Below, piece after piece: positions 15,601 to 20,000 of a stretch of 20,000 bases of DNA (within the stretch, counting starts at the first letter, position 1; each line of letters begins with the position of its first letter). A program made the position numbers and the translations under genes. Source of the stretch: an uncultured Methanosarcinales archaeon (lineage in GTDB: Archaea; Nanobdellota; Nanobdellia; Woesearchaeales; JACPBV01); contig CAZNZT010000004.1 in assembly GCA_964577685.1 (NCBI GenBank), forward strand, positions 54,563 through 74,562, written 5' to 3'. A model generated the notes under the pieces. The model did no database searches. It worked only from the letters and a program-made list of their open reading frames with translations, and had not been told where the DNA came from.

Positions 15601-18600
15601 TTGTTCTACGGAGTAAAGTATATCATAGTCGCTTCCACCAAAAGTCTTTTCCCATTCAATACCAGAATCCTCTCCAGTTGTTTTTATACTAGCTGTTTTA
15701 ATTGCTAAAGTTTGCGTATCTTCCCTTCCATAGCTGATTTTTATAGTGGCTTTTGTTGTGAATTTAATCTTTCCTTCTTTAGAATCATAGCCGAATGGAT
15801 AGTATTTCAATAAGGCATATTTTTGCTTTCCCCTATAACCAAAGTCTATTGTTATCCTGCCAGGAGTTGAGTTGTATTCTTCATATATGTTGTATCCTTC
15901 TCTCTTACAGATATTGTTGATTTTAAGTATAGATGGCTTTATTTTCTTACTAACCTTAATAGTATCATGTTCTGTATTGTTTATGCTTACACTAATTTCT
16001 TTTACATCATTTGGGATTGGAATTTCAAAGTACTTGTATGGCAGTATTGGGTTGCCAGGGGTTATGGTGTAATAAAAACCATCTTCTTTTACAAATATTT
16101 CAGAATAGTTCCCAGATTCATTGATTGTTATTTTTGATTTGTCAAGTTGGTAGTTTATGCTATTTCCTATAAGCTGGTTTATAATTGGCCTGTTGAGTTC
16201 TGGAATTTCGTTGTAATCTGGGATTCTGAATTTATTTTTTTCCTTTGATTTTTGGAACCCTGTTATGCTTCCTTGTTCTTCTTCTAGTCTAGTTACCATT
16301 GAGAATTCATTTAAGCTTATTTGTTCTCCTTTGTTGTTTATATTTGAAAAATTTATATTGAAGAATGCTTTTTTTAATTTTTTATTTTTTGGGATTTTTA
16401 TGAATAATATCTTTTTTTTCTCATTGAGTTGAATTGTAAGATTTTTGTATTGGTTAAGGACACTTCTATTGTCAAAGAAAATGCTTTGTTTTATTCTTGA
16501 ATACGCTCCTGCTGGTTCTATTACTGATATGTTTACTATTCCTGCTAATTTTCCCCTTATTGTTATTTCTGCTTTCCCTTTAGAGTCAGTATATATTTCA
16601 TCTTTTATAGGATACAATACCGATTCATTTGATAGCTCAGCCCGTATTGGTACATTCTTTATTGGATTTCCTCTTTTATCCTTAACTGTTGCGATAATCT
16701 TGGTTTCATCTTCAATTGATACGTTATTATCTTCAACGGTTAATTCTAAGGTGCTGTTATCCTTTGCAATTATTGATATAGTCACATTTAATTCTTGGTG
16801 TCCTGCGTTTGATGAGTTTACATATATCTTTCCCGTATAGTTTCCAAGAGGAATACTTTCGTTTACGAATAATGTGTATGGCATAACAAGGCTTGTACCT
16901 GCGGGGATAATACTAAAGTTTCTTTCTCTTTCCGAGATTAATGTAAGGTCTCTTGTACCCTTGCTTATGTTTGTGATTTTTATTACTACATTCTCAAGAG
17001 GGTGTTGATGTCCTGCTTCCCCTATTATAACAAAAAAGGATACATTCGTATTTGTTTTGCTTTTCTCAAATACAGAGTTTGGGCTAACCCCCAGGATTGC
17101 TGGCCTGAATGGGGTTAATAATGCATAAACCCTCACTTCCTGTTTTTCATTTGAACTTATTTTGTCGTAAGAAACTCTAATCCTGTATCTCTTGTTGGTC
17201 GCATCCTCTATGGTTATAACCTCTGGGTTGGAGTTTCTGCCGTTGTAGGATGCAGGGAACTCTATTGTGCTGTTTGATATATTTATGTCATATCCTACAT
17301 GCCTTCCTTCTTCATCATAGACATGTAAATCAATCTCGGCTAAAGGGTTGTAGAACATATTGAATTCTACTGAATAATAATCTTGTGGGACTGTGAAATC
17401 TTTTTCTACATATGGATTCTCTGGAGAGAGGTTTGCATTGATTACTTCAATAATGTCCGGAGCAAAACTTGAGAAGTCAAGGACAGACATTTGTTTTGCT
17501 TGGTTGTTTGTAGTATAGCTTGCTTTTATAAATGTATTAGCTACATCCTCTTCTTCACTACTAGCTTCCATTGTAGATATTTGTGTGGGTTTTATTGGAT
17601 AATAGAACTCTTGCATTGTGTTTGTGAGAAATGGTCCAGAGAATACTCTAAGATTTAGGATATGGGGTCTTAACATGTTTATTGGATCAGTGTAATAGCC
17701 TCTGTATCTTATGCTCTCTTTAACCCTATCATTAGGACTTGCTATAGCTGATTTGTAGTCAACTGTTGTTGTAGTGGTTATTACTCTAGAACCAGCTAGG
17801 AGCCCTCCAATTAGAGGTATTTTTATATTCGGTATTTTGTAGTCCCAGAAGGACTCACCTACTATTCTTATCTTTGAATCAACATTTCCGTTATTTGTCA
17901 CATAAACAGTAGCATCCTTTTCTCCATATGGTGCTGAGGGATTGATGTAGAGGATTTTTTTGCCCATGATTGTGGTGCTTGGATTAAGGTAAATTCGAGT
18001 GGAGGTAGAGAACTTGTTGTTTTTATTGTAGTAATATGGATTTGATGCCTCATCTTTTATGAGGTCATATGCACTTTTGAATAATGTTGGTGCCTTTCCT
18101 ATGTCATTAATCCATCCCATCACACAATCTTTATAGTCTGATATCATTTTTGTCTTTAACTCAATATTTCCTATTGTTACCTTTGTTTTTGTTATTTTTG
18201 AGCCTACTGCTATCACTTGTGTGAACGCCCCTAATGTGCCACCTGAAGCAACAGTTATTAGATTCGAGGATATTTGGATAATTGTTAGTATCTTTTCTGT
18301 TGATTTTCTTGCTCTGAGTAATGCTGTGTTTATCTGATATGAGCTGTAACTTTTTGGTTCTGTAAGATATAATGGGTTTTCATTGGGGTTTAGTTTTATG
18401 ATTGTTGATGATTTTTCTGGTGATTTCTTTATTTGGGATACAATGGATGTAATAGATGATTTTGCTCTGTCAATATCAAAGTTATCTCTGAGGGCTATTG
18501 ATTTTGATTCATCTTTAAATGAGGCATAAAGGTTGTCAAGATATCCTATGCTTGTTGTATATAATTCTAGGTTTTTGAATTCTTCTTTTGTGTGTGGGGT

Positions 18601-20000
18601 GTAGTCTTTAGTTATTGCCCACAGAACTACCTCCTCTGCCATTCTTCTTGGAATATATGTTGTTAGGCTATTTATGAGCTGCAACTTTAGAGCTTCTTTG
18701 AATACATTCCCAAATATATCTACCCCATTTATAATCATCTCACTTGGTATGCTTGATAGTGTGCCTGTTACTATGTTTCCTATAAATCCTACGAGTTCCC
18801 ATCCATACTCTGTTCCTACATCATCCCCTATTCTCTGAGAAACTTTTGAGACTAAGTCAGTTTCATAGTCCATTAACTCTTTGATTGAGTTATAAAGCAT
18901 TTTCATTTCATGATTTAGCTTTGTTAGAAAACCAGTTGTGCCTAGGTAAATGTCTTTGCTTATTGTTTCTCCCAACCCGCTAGTTTCAAATGGTAGTGTT
19001 TCCCCTGTTCTTTCATTTTTTATTGCCTTGATTATATAGTAATCTGGACCCACACTTGTGAATGAGTACTCTCCAAGATGGTTTGTTGTTGTTTCCATTA
19101 AGGGTGGTTCTCCTTTGTGGAAACTTTTTGTTGTATATAGTCTAACTGTTACATCTTCTATTGGTTGTTCATCTAATAATACTCTACCTGTTATTGTGCT
19201 ATACCCTCTATACTCTGTGAAATGAGCTGTTGCTTTGTTTCCATTAATTTCAATTTCTATATCATATCTTCCATAACCTATGCTTAGGGGTTCTAGATTT
19301 TTTTCTCCTTTCCATCTTCTTTGGTTGTAGTTTAATATTCCCCTTGTTATTTCTGTAGAATCTTTCAATATCCTATATGAGCCAGAACCTTGTGTTATCA
19401 GGCTTCCAGTTTCTTTGTTATAGGCATATGCTTCAATATATAGCATGTGGGTTTTTCTATTGTATTTTGCAGATGGAATAACAGCTATGGTTTCAGTTAG
19501 ATAGGCACAAATTAGGTTTTCACAGTATCCTGTCTTACAATCGGAGTTAGTAAGGCAGCTTTTTTTCACTTCACAAGGCTGGCAAGAACCACCACAATCT
19601 ACATCTGTTTCGTCTCCGTCCTTTATGCCATTTGAGCATGGGTGGGCTGAACATATCTTACTAGGGTTACAATAATTGCTTATACAGTCAGAATCAACCA
19701 AACAACTTTTACCATTGCTACAAGGCTGACAAGAACCACCACAATCTACATCTGTTTCATCTCCATTTTTTATCCCATCATAACATGAAGGTGTTGAGCA
19801 TATCTTACTAGGGTTACAATAATTGCTTATACAGTCAGAATCAACCAAACAACTTTTACCATTGCTACAAGGCTGACAAGAACCACCACAATCTACATCT
19901 GTTTCATCTCCATTTTTTATCCCATCATAACATGAAGGTGTTGAGCATATCTTACTAGGGTTACAATAATTGCTTATACAGTCAGAATCAACCAAACAAC
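12658..20000 (-). CDS. Giant modular cell-surface/secreted protein (>2445 aa; 5'-truncated by the window edge)
   Basis: Frame is open to position 20000, so TTG19995 is internal. Domain order from motif recognition: Cys-rich ETDVDCGG repeats, Ig-like, carboxypeptidase-regulatory-like (~19210-18940), helical domain, PPC-like (~17410-17120), Ig/Big_1-like (~16760-16480), C25-propeptide-like (~16165-15730), propeller, Cys repeat, propeller, C-terminal WNLISLP/GWNLIGYP domain. Confidence 0.88.
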   Translation of the reverse strand, partial: CLVDSDCISNYCNPSKICSTPSCYDGIKNGDETDVDCGGSCQPCSNGKSCLVDSDCISNYCNPSKICSTPSCYDGIKNGDETDVDCGGSCQPCSNGKSCLVDSDCISNYCNPSKICSAHPCSNGIKDGDETDVDCGGSCQPCEVKKSCLTNSDCKTGYCENLICAYLTETIAVIPSAKYNRKTHMLYIEAYAYNKETGSLITQGSGSYRILKDSTEITRGILNYNQRRWKGEKNLEPLSIGYGRYDIEIEINGNKATAHFTEYRGYSTITGRVLLDEQPIEDVTVRLYTTKSFHKGEPPLMETTTNHLGEYSFTSVGPDYYIIKAIKNERTGETLPFETSGLGETISKDIYLGTTGFLTKLNHEMKMLYNSIKELMDYETDLVSKVSQRIGDDVGTEYGWELVGFIGNIVTGTLSSIPSEMIINGVDIFGNVFKEALKLQLINSLTTYIPRRMAEEVVLWAITKDYTPHTKEEFKNLELYTTSIGYLDNLYASFKDESKSIALRDNFDIDRAKSSITSIVSQIKKSPEKSSTIIKLNPNENPLYLTEPKSYSSYQINTALLRARKSTEKILTIIQISSNLITVASGGTLGAFTQVIAVGSKITKTKVTIGNIELKTKMISDYKDCVMGWINDIGKAPTLFKSAYDLIKDEASNPYYYNKNNKFSTSTRIYLNPSTTIMGKKILYINPSAPYGEKDATVYVTNNGNVDSKIRIVGESFWDYKIPNIKIPLIGGLLAGSRVITTTTTVDYKSAIASPNDRVKESIRYRGYYTDPINMLRPHILNLRVFSGPFLTNTMQEFYYPIKPTQISTMEASSEEEDVANTFIKASYTTNNQAKQMSVLDFSSFAPDIIEVINANLSPENPYVEKDFTVPQDYYSVEFNMFYNPLAEIDLHVYDEEGRHVGYDINISNSTIEFPASYNGRNSNPEVITIEDATNKRYRIRVSYDKISSNEKQEVRVYALLTPFRPAILGVSPNSVFEKSKTNTNVSFFVIIGEAGHQHPLENVVIKITNISKGTRDLTLISERERNFSIIPAGTSLVMPYTLFVNESIPLGNYTGKIYVNSSNAGHQELNVTISIIAKDNSTLELTVEDNNVSIEDETKIIATVKDKRGNPIKNVPIRAELSNESVLYPIKDEIYTDSKGKAEITIRGKLAGIVNISVIEPAGAYSRIKQSIFFDNRSVLNQYKNLTIQLNEKKKILFIKIPKNKKLKKAFFNINFSNINNKGEQISLNEFSMVTRLEEEQGSITGFQKSKEKNKFRIPDYNEIPELNRPIINQLIGNSINYQLDKSKITINESGNYSEIFVKEDGFYYTITPGNPILPYKYFEIPIPNDVKEISVSINNTEHDTIKVSKKIKPSILKINNICKREGYNIYEEYNSTPGRITIDFGYRGKQKYALLKYYPFGYDSKEGKIKFTTKATIKISYGREDTQTLAIKTASIKTTGEDSGIEWEKTFGGSDYDILYSVEQTNDNGYIVTGGTFSFGVGGDVYLVKINTAGDIEWQKTFGDSGFEEAYSVQQTTDGGYIIAGYTDSFGSNGNVYLIKTDVDGNLQWQKTFGGSDDDGAYSVQQTADNGYIIAGGTKSFGAGYEDGYLIKTDVNGNFQWQKTFGGSSNDEIRSVQQTTDGGYIVAGSTGSFGSSGIDAYLVKTDSNGNVQWQKTFGGNDWDVAYSVQQTADNGYIITGPTDSFGRSGDVYLVKTDSSGNLEWQKTFMGGGDISASSVQQTADDGYIIAGCSVYLGTKGFNWPECNAYLIKTDANGNFEWDWAFGGSAWDEARSVQQTADNGYIVAGYTESLDINGDAYLIKTKNTAIPPCYDGIKDKTETDIDCGGECHPCSNGKSCLVNYDCISNYCNQNKKCSRTNIEWEKTLIEKHNYLADPFYIGALSIQPTNDNNYIITGTCNIPGNAFFDICLVKMDGNGEVKWYKSLSSSGGPIEWGYSVQQTNDNGYIIAGFDSILNLNENAGAHLIKTDSEGNIQWDKKIGDSGEEVYSVQQTLSSEYIVVGSKLIKTDSNGNIQWEKTLDGKGYSIQKTTDRKYIIAGTTSSFGAGGKDVYLIKTDVNGNFQWQKTFGGGSNDEAYSVQQTNDGGYIIAGYTSSFGSGGNDIYLIKTDSNGNVQWEKTFGGDDNDKGYSVQQTNDGGYIVVGSTNQTDAKGSDIYLIKTDPNGNLERYMFIGGLYDLDDARSVQQTPDGGYIIAGRKEFMMYIAKVSKDINNLLLIDILNNHEIEHSIETGEKKHINLTYLARFYNTSNQDRYIPIALKQLSPEGKIDITNITIEFTGTTQIEINKSWNLISLPVEPVNNSLKEIFRQLDYTSIYSFDNTNKKYLFYTNDKNNFETIEKENGLWINSLEDKKLNIIGHTYNYPININLVEGWNLIGYPSTTEKAIEDILNLSEVEAVLGYANGKWLYFNPEQPVELNTLKKLNPGKAYWVKVKKNTSITIEN
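13370..14412 (-). repeat. Beta-propeller 2: seven more divergent repeats of the same type
   Basis: EWEKTL, KWYKSL, QWDKKIG, QWEKTL, QWQKTFGG, QWEKTFGG, ERYMFIGG. Confidence 0.75.
14580..15660 (-). repeat. Beta-propeller 1: seven ~50-aa WQKTFGG...AYSVQQT.DGGYIIAG...YLIKTD repeats
   Basis: Seven repeats counted: EWEKTFGG, EWQKTFGD, QWQKTFGG x3, EWQKTFMG, EWDWAFGG. Confidence 0.8.
19505..20000 (-). repeat. 147-bp (49-aa, 8-Cys) tandem repeat array, continuing beyond the window
   Basis: CTAGGGTTAC recurs at 19661, 19808 and 19955 (period 147). 19652-19853 is identical to 19799-20000. A diverged last unit lies at ~19505-19651. Unit: CYDGIKNGDETDVDCGGSCQPCSNGKSCLVDSDCISNYCNPSKICSTPS. Confidence 0.92.

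Noticed and set aside
11960..16840. Short alternative-frame or antisense ORFs within PGI/PMI and the giant surface gene
   Set aside because: Nested in well-supported CDSs, with no recognisable motifs.
19505..20000. Tandem repeats as a CRISPR array
   Set aside because: The period is 147 bp (a multiple of 3), there are no unique spacers, it is fully coding, and no cas genes are present.

Overview
Low-GC, gene-dense archaeal window, most consistent with a DPANN lineage (Woesearchaeota/Pacearchaeota-like; inference). Six genes have TATA boxes ~23-34 nt upstream of the start codon (leaderless layout), and GGAGGTGA/GGGGTGA Shine-Dalgarno motifs precede some internal genes. Recognisable genes: an HD phosphohydrolase, a class II aldolase, an NAD-dependent epimerase, single-domain TsaC/YrdC, a Rad50-type ATPase with no adjacent mre11, a SWIM zinc-finger protein and bifunctional PGI/PMI. 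Two giant accessory proteins dominate the window. The first is a 1313-aa polytopic membrane protein with six ~145-163-aa helical repeats in an (AB)3 arrangement, translationally coupled to a wHTH protein whose MNT-like domain appears catalytically dead. The second is a >2445-aa modular surface protein with Cys-rich 49-aa repeats, Ig-like domains, an orphan gingipain(C25)-type propeptide and two 7-bladed propellers. Not in the ORF track: two SD-equipped micro-ORFs (37 and 40 aa) behind a GC-rich hairpin leader whose loop region is complementary to the SD. No tRNA, rRNA, CRISPR array or transposase was seen.
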